64,000 nucleotides of DNA, from the sequence record PQ799574.1; one strand, given 5' to 3'. Numbering within the stretch: the first letter of the stretch is position 1; each line of letters starts with the position of its first letter. Shown here piece after piece: positions 38,511-48,585 of the stretch. The DNA comes from Escherichia phage vB_EcoM_Maryam. A model generated the notes under the pieces. It saw only the letters and a program-made list of their open reading frames with translations. It ran no database searches and was not told the DNA's origin. Position numbers and translations under genes: made by a program.

Positions 38511-38796
38511 CTGTGATTTCGGTTACGATATTTTTGTTATTAAAGTTTTTATCGCAATACAGAACATAATTATACTGCATTACACCACCAGACTTAAGTT
38601 GTTTTTGCACTTCAGCTTTCATTTTAGGACGATCGCGCTCAACGATATTCATAATATCCGCTTCAATTTGAGTTTCAACTTCAGTCTGATCTGCAGTCAT
38701 AGACCATTCACACAAATCTTTATCATATCCTGCCATAGCAGGCTGAGCAGCACAAGAAGCCAAAGTAAAAATTGTAGCAAAAATAAATTTTTTCAT
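38503..38796 (-). CDS. sp: periplasmic Spackle-like protein
   Basis: 97 aa with signal peptide MKKFIFATIFTLASCAAQPAMA; size and position match recalled T4 sp (61.3). Confidence 0.6.
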   Translation of the reverse strand: MKKFIFATIFTLASCAAQPAMAGYDKDLCEWSMTADQTEVETQIEADIMNIVERDRPKMKAEVQKQLKSGGVMQYNYVLYCDKNFNNKNIVTEITGE

Positions 38797-38856
38797 GATA
38801 ATCTCCTCAGTAGTTTATGTTTATATAGTATCTCAATTTCCAACAAAAGTAAACAG

Positions 38857-39156
38857 CTATTTTAAAACTTCTGCGTAATCACATGTTACAAACTGTTTCT
38901 CTAGCTTAACGATTTTACGAAAATACCTTTTATACTGACGAATCTGCCTCTTCGTAGGACGTACAGCAAACTTAATAAATTCCACTCGACCAAATGGAGG
39001 ACTTTCTTCTGCTGGAATATCTAACACCAATTCCCACGTATCTGCAATAAGTGCTTTGAATTGAGTATTTTTCCTGACGTTATACGGAGTAGGTTTAAAT
39101 AAAACAATATGCATATTATCCTCGGCAATCCACTTCGCACACTTTCTTGTCATCAA
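38857..39156 (-). CDS. hypothetical protein (61.4-like)
   Basis: ORF track 99 aa. Confidence 0.45.
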   Translation of the reverse strand: MMTRKCAKWIAEDNMHIVLFKPTPYNVRKNTQFKALIADTWELVLDIPAEESPPFGRVEFIKFAVRPTKRQIRQYKRYFRKIVKLEKQFVTCDYAEVLK

Positions 39157-39298
39157 TGAAAGCTTTAACTAATGCTTTATTAACTTCAGCATATTGAGTA
39201 GTAGCCCATTGAACGTCATCTTTCATCATTGTGATTTCTTTAGTAAACATGCTTTCATTCTTAAACCACCCCATAAAAACTACCTTTACCAATTCCAT
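39116..39298 (-). CDS. dmd: Dmd-like protein (60 aa)
   Basis: 60 aa directly downstream of gene 41, as recalled for T4 dmd. Confidence 0.5.
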   Translation of the reverse strand: MELVKVVFMGWFKNESMFTKEITMMKDDVQWATTQYAEVNKALVKAFIDDKKVCEVDCRG

Positions 39299-39356
39299 AA
39301 CAATCTCCTCATTTAACCAACAAGACTACTATACCATAGTCTTGTCAGCTTGTAAA

Positions 39357-40784
39357 CTAAAATTTTAATTCATTTGCCAAAGCATCTAACTGAGCTCGAG
39401 CTGATTCGTTTCTTTGATAGCGATTCTGTTCAGCCTGAATCTGTTGTGAACCTGCTACTTCACTCACTTCGGTTGGAGTAGAATCTTGTTCAATTTCTAC
39501 CCATTTTTGATTTCCTTTTTGAACACCCATCAAAAACTTATTCCACTTATTCTTATCACCATATCGTGATTTGATTTGCTTAATAAGTTGTTGTTCAGCA
39601 GCTGCTAGCTCCTCAGTTTCAATGACCGCAAGCATAAAATCAGCTGTTGCTGGAAGACCAGCAGATTCTGCAATATCGCTCATGTTAACATCGGAAGAGT
39701 CCCAAGCTTGTTTACCGACCTGTGCTGCAGTCCAAAGAACAGTTTCGGTTTCAACAGCCAGAGCACGCAATTCCTCTGCGATAGCTTTAACAGTTGTGTA
39801 ACTATTTTCTGAATAAACTCGGATGCGACAAGATTTACAAATACCCAGATAGTCGACAATAATGATTGTTGGAACAAAATTCTTTTTGAGCTTCAATTCA
39901 TTCAAGAGAGACCTGAATGTATTAGCATCTGCTCCACCAGTAGGGTACTGTTTAACGATTAAACGACCAAGAGTAGATTTCTCACGCCATTTTTCCATTT
40001 TTCCTTTATACTCAGCGTAAGAAATATGTCCATCATCAATATCGTCAAGAGAAACATCGAGCATGTTAGCATCAATACGTTTAGCACAGACTTCTTCGGC
40101 CATTTCCATGGAGATATAAAGAACGTTATGACCAAGCTGTAAATAATCCGCTGCTAATGAACACAATCCTAATGACTTACCAACGTTAACGCCAGCCATT
40201 AAAACGTTCAGTGTTCCTGTTTCAGCTCCGCCTTTTGTAATTTTATTCAAAATACGAAGTTTAAATGGAACTTTACGAGCTTTATTCATATAAGATAGCC
40301 AGCGTGCTTCGTAGTCATCCATCCAATCATGACCAACGTAGCTATCAAATGAAATTGATAATGCTTGGCGCATGATGTCAGGAATAGCACCAACATCCGG
40401 CATTTTCTTATTTCGTTTTTCCGGAGGAAGCTCAGCATTAGTTTGAATTTCGATTATTTTAGACGTAGCATTAAACATCGCCCTTTGCTGAACATATTTT
40501 TCTGTTTCTTTTACTAACCAGCTGTGGTCTTCCGGAGAATCAGCCAGTTTTGAAATAAGTGTTTTTACACCAGAATATTCTGTTTCAGTAAATGAACTAT
40601 TTTCTAATGCAACATTTAACGCATTAATAGATGGAACGCTATGGTACTCATTAACATGAGATTTAATTAATTTGAATGTATTTTTAGCTGGACCACTTTC
40701 AAAATATTCTGAATCCATATATGGCCAAACTTTTGAAAAATAAGCTTGATCAAATATAAGATGAGAAAGAATAATTTCTACCAC
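39357..40784 (-). CDS. 41: replicative DNA helicase gp41 (DnaB-like)
   Basis: 475 aa; Walker A GVNVGKS. Confidence 0.95.
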   Translation of the reverse strand: MVEIILSHLIFDQAYFSKVWPYMDSEYFESGPAKNTFKLIKSHVNEYHSVPSINALNVALENSSFTETEYSGVKTLISKLADSPEDHSWLVKETEKYVQQRAMFNATSKIIEIQTNAELPPEKRNKKMPDVGAIPDIMRQALSISFDSYVGHDWMDDYEARWLSYMNKARKVPFKLRILNKITKGGAETGTLNVLMAGVNVGKSLGLCSLAADYLQLGHNVLYISMEMAEEVCAKRIDANMLDVSLDDIDDGHISYAEYKGKMEKWREKSTLGRLIVKQYPTGGADANTFRSLLNELKLKKNFVPTIIIVDYLGICKSCRIRVYSENSYTTVKAIAEELRALAVETETVLWTAAQVGKQAWDSSDVNMSDIAESAGLPATADFMLAVIETEELAAAEQQLIKQIKSRYGDKNKWNKFLMGVQKGNQKWVEIEQDSTPTEVSEVAGSQQIQAEQNRYQRNESARAQLDALANELKF

Positions 40785-40793
40785 ACTTACTCC

Positions 40794-41138
40794 TTAAAAG
40801 AATTTAAACTTTTTCTTTGACCTTTTATTAAATGCATCTTGTAGTTGCATTGTAATACATTTTTCTACATGAGGAGCTAACTCAGCTTTTCTTTCTTGGT
40901 CAAGAACAGCAAAGTCCATTACAACCTTTCCATCAACCCAATCCAGTTTAGTTACATACACTATATGTGTAGAACCATCTTCTAGTTTAATGACAATCTC
41001 CTGGATAACATTTTCCATGGCAGATTTAATTATCTTAAGAGATTCATTAAAAAGACGTTCTTTTCTTTCTTCTTCCCCCTCCGAAGAGGGGGATTCATCG
41101 ATAATTTCTAGATCTAAATCTAAATCATCTTTATTCAT
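40794..41138 (-). CDS. 40: gp40 head vertex assembly chaperone
   Basis: ORF track 40794..41156; second ATG gives 114 aa without overlapping uvsX. Confidence 0.6.
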   Translation of the reverse strand: MNKDDLDLDLEIIDESPSSEGEEERKERLFNESLKIIKSAMENVIQEIVIKLEDGSTHIVYVTKLDWVDGKVVMDFAVLDQERKAELAPHVEKCITMQLQDAFNKRSKKKFKFF

Positions 41139-42312
41139 TAAATTCTTCCATATCACTTAACTGCTCGAGGTCAGTTTCTAAATCAGCAGCTGATTTACTT
41201 TTACTTTCTGAAGATTTAAATTTTTCAACTTTTGAGTTAATCAATTCATCAACTTCAGCTTCAACAATTTCATTACTATCAATAGCACCTAACTGATAAG
41301 CACGTTTAATAGCATCTCGGAATGGTTGATGCTTAAATAAAGGACCCCAGAATGTAGTGCAGTTGGTATCTTTTGCACGCCAAGATTTTTCTTCGCGAAT
41401 CATCTCGCCGGTTTCTTCGTCAAGAAATTCACGCGCATACCAACCATTTTTAGGTTTTACTACAAATCCTAATTCTAGAGCCATATCTAACAATCCAGAA
41501 TAAGGATCAATACCACCGTCAAATTTAACATCAATAAAGAATTTACTTTTTTCTTTAACGGTACGAGATTTTTCTACATTTAGAACAAATTGATACCCCT
41601 GAAGATCAGAACCATCTTTAATCTGACGCTTACCGATAATGAATACTGTATCAGCCGAATACATTACGCCTGTACCACCTGTCATCACGGTTTTACTAAA
41701 CATTTCAATTGTTTCAATTGTATGGTTAACCGCAACACATGGAATATTTTTAATGCTAAAGTAAGGAGTAACGATACGGAATAATGACTTCAGTGATTTA
41801 GCACGAGTCATATCTGCCACAGATTTTTCATTTAAGGCATCTTCCGTTTCTTTCTTAGAAGCCATATTACCGATTGAGTCGATGAATACAATAACCTTTT
41901 CACCACGCTCAATAGCTTCAAGCTGATTCACCATATCAATTTTCAGCTGTTCAACTGACTGAATCGGCGTATGAATTACTCGTTCCGGGTCAACTCCCAT
42001 GGATCGCAAATAAGCTGGAGTAATACCAAATTCACTATCATAGAATAGACAAACCGCGTCAGGATATTTGTTCAAATATGCCGCAACCATAGTCAAAGAC
42101 ATATTTGATTTAAAGTGTTTAGAAGGCCCTGCGAAAATAGTTAAACCAGACTGCATACCGCCATCAATCGCACCAGAAATAGCGATATTAAGCATTGGGA
42201 TTTTTGTGCGGATTACATCCTTTTCATTAAAGAATTTAGATGTAGTCAGTTCAGCAGTCATTTTAGAAGTGGAAGCTTTAATCAAACGGGATTTTAAATC
42301 TGCAATAGACAT
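41131..42312 (-). CDS. uvsX: UvsX recombinase (RecA-like)
   Basis: 393 aa; RecA-fold motifs; recalled T4 UvsX. Confidence 0.95.
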   Translation of the reverse strand: MSIADLKSRLIKASTSKMTAELTTSKFFNEKDVIRTKIPMLNIAISGAIDGGMQSGLTIFAGPSKHFKSNMSLTMVAAYLNKYPDAVCLFYDSEFGITPAYLRSMGVDPERVIHTPIQSVEQLKIDMVNQLEAIERGEKVIVFIDSIGNMASKKETEDALNEKSVADMTRAKSLKSLFRIVTPYFSIKNIPCVAVNHTIETIEMFSKTVMTGGTGVMYSADTVFIIGKRQIKDGSDLQGYQFVLNVEKSRTVKEKSKFFIDVKFDGGIDPYSGLLDMALELGFVVKPKNGWYAREFLDEETGEMIREEKSWRAKDTNCTTFWGPLFKHQPFRDAIKRAYQLGAIDSNEIVEAEVDELINSKVEKFKSSESKSKSAADLETDLEQLSDMEEFNE

Positions 42313-42389
42313 TCATTTTTTCCATAGGCATCATTATATTTTCCTCACTGGTTAAAGATAGAGTAATTATAACATAATAAATTTAGGCA

Positions 42390-43238
42390 TTAATCAACTG
42401 CTATTGGATGAATAGCATTAAACTTATGAAATGCTTCTGATTTTTCTTTGCGCGAAACGCACATGCGAAGAACCTTTAATGGCTCGTCTTCTTCACCCAA
42501 CGATTTTCGTTTTTCAATATTAGAAGTTTTCCAACGAGCTTGCTCTGGAAACTCTCTATTGATTTGCTCAAGCGCTCTATTATGTTTAGAATTACTACGA
42601 ATTGAACTACACCCGCCAGGAGCTTGTGCTTTTCCAGATACAACCAGATATTTGAACAAGGCCAAATGCGGATAACCTTGATTAATTAAATTGAGAAATG
42701 CATACATATCTTCGCACAAATCAATTTTTCCATACCCAATTTGTTCTGTCGTAAGTTTTCCGAGGTCATACCATGTATTCGTGAATCCATATGAATTTTC
42801 ACGATAATTACCCCAAGATGAAGTAATTTTAAAAATTGGTAGGCGAGCATGACCGTGATAATACCCGCAATCCATGGCATCTTCAACGTATTGAATCAAT
42901 TCATAGAACTGTTCACGGGTTAATTGATTGACTTTATCTACACAACGACGGTCATCTCTTTTTCGCATTGAACTCATACGAATAGTAGTATCATCGTCAA
43001 TCATCCAGATTCGTTGACCTGCATACATATCAGTAATTGCTTTACGAGTACCGGCAATTCCGTTTACATCATCAGGAATAGTTATAATTTTAGCTCTAGA
43101 CCCATAGGCATCATAATAAGCTTTTTCTTCATGTTCACGCACTACAATATGGGGTTCATAATCAGTCGGAAACATATCAAGGGCAGAAACTGCCCCGACA
43201 CGCTGATAACTTGGAATTACGAATTGAATCATTTCCAC
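42390..43238 (-). CDS. putative glucosyltransferase at the beta-gt locus (T2/T6-type beta-glucosyl-HMC alpha-glucosyltransferase-like)
   Basis: 282 aa with DDD motif; lies between uvsX and 42; does not resemble recalled 351-aa T4 beta-gt. Confidence 0.5.
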   Translation of the reverse strand: MEMIQFVIPSYQRVGAVSALDMFPTDYEPHIVVREHEEKAYYDAYGSRAKIITIPDDVNGIAGTRKAITDMYAGQRIWMIDDDTTIRMSSMRKRDDRRCVDKVNQLTREQFYELIQYVEDAMDCGYYHGHARLPIFKITSSWGNYRENSYGFTNTWYDLGKLTTEQIGYGKIDLCEDMYAFLNLINQGYPHLALFKYLVVSGKAQAPGGCSSIRSNSKHNRALEQINREFPEQARWKTSNIEKRKSLGEEDEPLKVLRMCVSRKEKSEAFHKFNAIHPIAVD

Positions 43239-43969
43239 TCACCGTTATAATCTTTTTTCACAATATGAGTTTCGCCAGTATTCCACCAATGATCAACCAA
43301 GTAAAAATGACGAGAATATACATGAAGACTTCCAACATTCCATATAATAGAACCTGCTTTATACTGACGAGTTGAATCGCCGGCATTCAAATCAGATACT
43401 AATTTATCTAATACGTATTTTTGCCATGCATAATCATTACGGAATCCGAAGACCACGTCATTTGAGCGCATGCTTACTACTGCATTGACTTTCTTATCAC
43501 GAATCAGGTACTGTACTGTATTAGTACACATGAAATCTGACATACCATCTTTATTGTAGTCAAATTGCATGGATGGACGAGTATAAATCATGATACCACG
43601 TCGAGAATCAGGATTTTGACCAAGTTCAGCTAAACACATATCATACTGGGCATAGTTATCTTCTGACCAAATAGCCCAACCATAATTCGAGTTAATTTCG
43701 CCTTTAGAAGATGCTACCTGCTGCCAAATCTTTGGTGTTTCGCCTGGAATATCTTTAACAAACAAGCTCTTAGATTTATACCATTCAAGTTCACGCTGAA
43801 TGTATTCATCATTAAGAGCGCCAAAAATAAAGGGTTCATCTGCTACAAATGATGCGCCAATAATTTCAATAGTTTTAACGCCAGTTTTATCAACTACGAA
43901 ATCTTTTTCCTTTAATGCAGTTCCCAAATAAAAACGGATTTCTTCAACTGTCATAGAGTCATTAATCAT
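43229..43969 (-). CDS. 42: dCMP hydroxymethylase gp42
   Basis: 246 aa; thymidylate-synthase-like fold. Confidence 0.9.
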   Translation of the reverse strand: MINDSMTVEEIRFYLGTALKEKDFVVDKTGVKTIEIIGASFVADEPFIFGALNDEYIQRELEWYKSKSLFVKDIPGETPKIWQQVASSKGEINSNYGWAIWSEDNYAQYDMCLAELGQNPDSRRGIMIYTRPSMQFDYNKDGMSDFMCTNTVQYLIRDKKVNAVVSMRSNDVVFGFRNDYAWQKYVLDKLVSDLNAGDSTRQYKAGSIIWNVGSLHVYSRHFYLVDHWWNTGETHIVKKDYNGEWK

Positions 43970-44122
43970 TTAAACCTCAATTGATACATTCATATTTAAC
44001 TTGTAACAGTAATAAACCCCAACCTAAAATAATAGTCGGAATCATAAGAGGAACCGTTACACTATAGTATATACTTATTATAATCATCAAGATTAAAAGC
44101 AACACTTCTATAATTTTGCTTT

Positions 44123-44374
44123 TCATTCCTTCTCTCTGATGATAATTACTTGATTTGGCTGTGCAGACTTTTTAGTTTCACCCGCAATTGACCAAATAAA
44201 TGTAATAAACCAACCAATAATTGACCAGTTAAACAGCAAAGACGTGAAAAAGATTCCTACTGTCGATTTTGACCCACGCATCAAGGCGATAAACCATGGA
44301 AGCATGTATATAATAATAGCCAACACACCTGAAACTAAAACCATAAAAATTGAACCTGCTACTAAAGTTTCCAT
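44123..44374 (-). CDS. imm: immunity (superinfection exclusion) membrane protein Imm
   Basis: 83 aa, two TM segments. Confidence 0.8.
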   Translation of the reverse strand: METLVAGSIFMVLVSGVLAIIIYMLPWFIALMRGSKSTVGIFFTSLLFNWSIIGWFITFIWSIAGETKKSAQPNQVIIIREKE

Positions 44375-44381
44375 GTTTTCC

Positions 44382-44762
44382 TCACTTAGTCAAATTTTTT
44401 ACGCATGAATTATAAGAATTCACTACATACTCCATCGGAGCATTTTTACCGGTACGCCATTGGTAATTATTAGCCCAATTTGCCCAAAGCTCGGCGCAGT
44501 AGTTTTCAATTTTTTCTTCGCGTGTAATTACATCCGAATTACGATATGCTTGAGCAGATTCATCTGGACGAATAGCTTCGTCAAAATTTGCCTGCATTTG
44601 TTCTACTGTTTGCTTTGGAGCTTCTTTATAACACTTGACATTAGGATTATAAAACTTGCTTGAACAGTTTACAATTTTTCCTACATCAGACTGATTTACT
44701 ACCGGTCCTTGAGCCACACAACCAGTAAGACCTAATGCAATAACCAAAATAGCGATTTTCAT
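44382..44762 (-). CDS. putative lipoprotein adjacent to imm
   Basis: 126 aa; signal peptide with lipobox LTGC. Confidence 0.5.
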   Translation of the reverse strand: MKIAILVIALGLTGCVAQGPVVNQSDVGKIVNCSSKFYNPNVKCYKEAPKQTVEQMQANFDEAIRPDESAQAYRNSDVITREEKIENYCAELWANWANNYQWRTGKNAPMEYVVNSYNSCVKNLTK

Positions 44763-44772
44763 AATAATTTCC

Positions 44773-45021
44773 TCAAATGCAAGTAGTAATTACTCCAGTA
44801 GTGCTTATGCAGGTATTACCCATTTGCACACCTAAAGATCCATTTGTATTCACATGAAGATTATCATCAATTTTAACTGATATTTTACCATTAGTGTGAA
44901 TAACGGTGCTAGATTTAATCACAGGTTGAGTATCATTTTCAACACTAATAAATGGAACTGCTACTAATGCAACTAAACAAACTGCTAAGCATCCCATAAC
45001 AATTTTCATTTTATTCTCCAA
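44773..45021 (-). CDS. secreted/membrane small protein
   Basis: ORF track 82 aa; hydrophobic N-terminus. Confidence 0.45.
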   Translation of the reverse strand: MENKMKIVMGCLAVCLVALVAVPFISVENDTQPVIKSSTVIHTNGKISVKIDDNLHVNTNGSLGVQMGNTCISTTGVITTCI

Positions 45022-45025
45022 ATCT

Positions 45026-45055
45026 GTATCAGTAGTTGATAGTTGTATAGTACCA
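45026..45055 (-). promoter_or_regulatory. T4-type early promoter (GTTTACA 17 nt TACTAT)
   Basis: Reverse complement reads GTTTACAAGACTGTTCTTCTGTGGTACTAT. Confidence 0.5.
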
Positions 45056-45163
45056 CAGAAGAACAGTCTTGTAAACAGTTTTGTGAAAATTTTTTAGGGA
45101 ATTCTAAAGGTCCAGAATCATCTGTTTTTCATAAGTATAGATTTATATTACTTGTATGAAAAA

Positions 45164-45179
45164 GGGACCCGGAGGTCCC
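45164..45179 (-). terminator. GGGACC-loop-GGTCCC hairpin with U-run downstream of gene 43
   Basis: Inverted repeat read from sequence; A-run on plus strand. Confidence 0.55.
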
Positions 45180-45192
45180 TAGATTTATTCTA

Positions 45193-47888
45193 TCAGCCAA
45201 ACAGGAAGTCTAACGAAGCTTTTTCTTCATAGTCCATACCAGCCGATTCACACATGCCTGCAAGCGGTTTAACAAACGATTTTTGGAACAAAGTTGAGTA
45301 GTCAATCCAAGATAGTACATCAGAACGAATTTCTTTTGGAAGTTCTGTACCCGACGGCCAAGCAATGCACTTGTCGCCAAATGGATTTCCTTCACGTAAT
45401 GGAAGAACCATTACCTTATTTCCATCCAAAATTGGAGCTACACCCAGACCACTAACAGCTCGACGATAAGTTAGCACACCACGAATATGGAACGGGCATT
45501 TAAATCCTGGCCAACCTTTATCATCATATTTCGCTATATCGTTCGCAGTTTTTACTTCAGCAATAACTTTATAGTCAAGTTGACGATATTCTTTCTCGAA
45601 GTTCTTGTAATATTCTTGGACAGACTCTTCACCTTCCTGAAGAATACGACGAATACTTTCTTCAAGAGCTTCTTGAACTGCTTTAGGCGTTGAACTTTGC
45701 TGAGTTTCCATACCCATGATTTTTAGATGCGGTTCAGCAAAACGCTTATCTTCCATATCATATACGTTCAGAGCATAACGCTTTTTCGCTTTCCAAAATC
45801 CACCAACGCCCTTTGAACCAAGTGGAGGGCAAGAAATAGCTTCACGGTCCATATGCATCAGATGCTCGCGGTTATTCATATAATCACATAACTCACGATA
45901 TGCAACATCAATCATAGGTTCCATCTTTTTCTTACCGAACTGATTCATGAATTCAACTAAATCGTTCTGCTCTTTGAATCGGTCAAGACCAACTTTTTCA
46001 ATAACTTTATCTACACAAACATATACCGAATCAGTATCACCTGCTGCAATGAAATCTTCGCCATTAGTTCCGCACACTTTATTCAGATACTCATTAATTT
46101 TACGAGCAATCCACTGAATACCAACTTGGCCGAAAATTGTGATAGCAGTAGCATTTCGCAAATCATAGTAACGGAAATGAATATTACCAAGAGCACCGTA
46201 AAGGCTGTTAATAAGAATTTTACGGTTCAGCTGATTTGTATTAGCAAGTGTAGCCGCTTTTTCACATTCTTCAATCAAACTATTGAGAACAGATTCAGTA
46301 TAATTCGATAGTTCATTTAAGAAATCATCACTGAACTTAACATATCGTTCAACTTCAGGTTTAGTTGAACAAGACCCTGCGCCTTTCATAATAATCTTTT
46401 TAATAGCTTCGGCATTCATTTCTTCAGCGAACATTTTCTTTTTCCAATCTTTACGCTGGAAAAATACTTTAGCGATTTCCTTTGGAATGATACCTTCTTG
46501 ATGCTTATCGTACATCCATCCATTCGGAGAACAAGAATATTCATCACTCGGTTTAGGAGCTGTTCCTGCGATATATTCATGAATTGGATGAACTTTAAAC
46601 TGACCACGAATAGTCTCAGGACTAATGTTAACCTGACGAATAATGCTCGGATACAGAGACGTCAAGTCAAAACTCATAATATATCGACGAGCAATTGGTT
46701 TAGGTTCAAATACAAATGCACCCGGAAAACTCTGTTTAACGTGCGAACCTTGTTGAGGAATAACCTTATGTTCACCTTTCAATGAGTTAAAAATAATAGC
46801 ATCCCAGGTTTTAATAGGACTCATTACACCAGAAAAAGGCATTTTAGCGTAATAAGACATACTTAAAACTAGATCGATAAACCCGCGAATTTTATCAATT
46901 GCTTGAACTGATTCTACGTCAATGATGTTATAACTAATGTATCGTTGATGATTAGTCTCACGAAGTTTATTAATAGGACCGTCGTATGGTAATTTACCTT
47001 TTTTGGTTTCATGCTGAGCAACTGATTCCAAAGAGAATGACGGCAAATTAGTAAATGCGAATTTCTTATACAAATCTAAATAATCAAGAATAGATACGCC
47101 ATCAATAGAATAAATTTCTTTGCTACCGTACATATTTTGGATAAGTTTAGATTTTACTCGACCGATTGGAGAGAAGCGTTTCATACTACGTTCACCGAGA
47201 ACCATTTTAACGCGATTCATGATATACGGAACGTCAAATCCCTCAATATTCCAACCAGTAAAAATAGCAGGTCGTTTCTGTTCCCAGAGATTGATATATT
47301 CCATGAGCATATCACGCTCATTATCGAATGGCATATAAATTACTCGGTCAAGAATTTCTTGAGGAACTTCATCACCACCTTCACAGTCAAGCTTAGCAGC
47401 TAACTTTGCATCCCATTTTGATACTGAACCATACATTGAATTCAAAAGGTCGAAAACATAAAAACGATCATCAATTGAATCGTAATGAGTGATAGCATCA
47501 ATTTCATATTCAGCTTTCATTGGGTCAGGAAATTTATCACCAGTAACCTCAATGTCACAGTTAGCTACACGAACAAATTTTCGGTCATAAACAATTTCTG
47601 AACCGTATGTATCACTGATAAAGCGAGTTTAAAATCGTTCATACCGAGAGCTTCGAGACCGATGTCTTCCATTCGTTTCATCCAATCTCGAGCATCTTTC
47701 ATTGATGGAAATTTTTGAGGAGCGCAGTTTTTACCATAGATGTCTTTGTACTTTGACTCTTCCTTACAATGCCTAAACATAGTTGGAAGATATTCTACTT
47801 CACGAGTACGTTCCTTTCCATTTTCATCAATATAACGTTCAACAATATTATTTCCGACTGTTTCAATAGAGATATAAAATTCTTTCAT
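45193..47888 (-). pseudogene. 43: DNA polymerase gp43 interrupted by a 1-nt frameshift near 47619
   Basis: N-terminal 84 codons in ORF 47565..47888, remainder in ORF 45193..47520 in another frame; the second frame is open upstream and reads ISDTYGSEIVYDRKFVRVANCDIEVTGDKFPDPMKAEY. Confidence 0.85.
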
Positions 47889-47930
47889 AGATATTCCTTA
47901 GTTTATAGCCCGAGTTATTAGGCTCTTGAT
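47889..47930 (-). promoter_or_regulatory. probable gene 43 translational operator / 5' leader hairpin
   Basis: Leader contains AGAGCCUAAUAACUCGGGCU-type hairpin just upstream of SD AAGGAA; T4 gp43 is known to autoregulate via such an operator. Confidence 0.3.
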
Positions 47931-47948
47931 ATATTATACTCCAAATAA

Positions 47949-47962
47949 GGGGCCGAAGCCCC
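47949..47962 (-). terminator. GGGGC-UUCG-GCCCC hairpin
   Basis: Same 16-nt core as at 51729-51744. Confidence 0.5.
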
Positions 47963-47968
47963 TTTGCT

Positions 47969-48256
47969 TTAAATTTCTATTGTACGACGCGATATAACGG
48001 ACTTGCCATCTGTATTTGTGGTTTTGATAATCGCATGAAATGCGCGTTGGCGTGGGTAAACTAATCGTTGGAATTCTTTTTGGAATTCTATTTGTTTATC
48101 TTCCGGGAGGTCAAAAACCAGTTGGGTAGAAGACAGACCATATGTTTGTTTTAGATTTTCGAATATTAGAAAAGCTTCGGTAAACTGAATCTCTGATTGT
48201 GTCATATAATTTACCTTAATTACCAATCGTATATTTAGGAACGAGTTTCCATTCAT
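47969..48256 (-). CDS. hypothetical protein between regA and 43
   Basis: ORF track 95 aa; start likely internal. Confidence 0.45.
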   Translation of the reverse strand: MNGNSFLNIRLVIKVNYMTQSEIQFTEAFLIFENLKQTYGLSSTQLVFDLPEDKQIEFQKEFQRLVYPRQRAFHAIIKTTNTDGKSVISRRTIEI

Positions 48257-48584
48257 GTTTTTGTTTAAAAGAAATAACTCGGAAGTTATTAGTTAAATCT
48301 TTCATAAAAGTTCTTTGACCAGGAACGATTTCAATCAGTCCCCAATCTTCTAACAACCATGCAATCGAATCACGACGAACTTCATCTTCTTCTGTCATTT
48401 CAACTTGGCGACCATCCATACGAAGCATTTCTTTAAAATGAACGATATAGTATAGTCCTTTTTTCTGAAGAATATGACAGGACTGATACAGAACTTTATC
48501 TTTATTATTAGCAATTCCCATACGAGTCAAAGTTTCTTTTACTTTCAGAAAATCTTCAGGTTTTTTAAGAGTAATTTCAATCAT
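48216..48584 (-). CDS. regA: translational repressor RegA
   Basis: 122 aa MIEITLKKPEDFLKVKETLTRMGIANNKDKVLYQSCHILQKKG... Confidence 0.9.
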   Translation of the reverse strand: MIEITLKKPEDFLKVKETLTRMGIANNKDKVLYQSCHILQKKGLYYIVHFKEMLRMDGRQVEMTEEDEVRRDSIAWLLEDWGLIEIVPGQRTFMKDLTNNFRVISFKQKHEWKLVPKYTIGN

Positions 48585-48585
48585 T

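Noticed and set aside
37343-39356. Possibility that the ~2 kb between genes 41 and 61 is a foreign accessory insertion
   Set aside because: Its ORFs (Dmd-like 60 aa, Spackle-like 97 aa with signal peptide, 61.x-like) are in the order expected for the T4 61.1-dmd block on the same strand, so it is most likely native.
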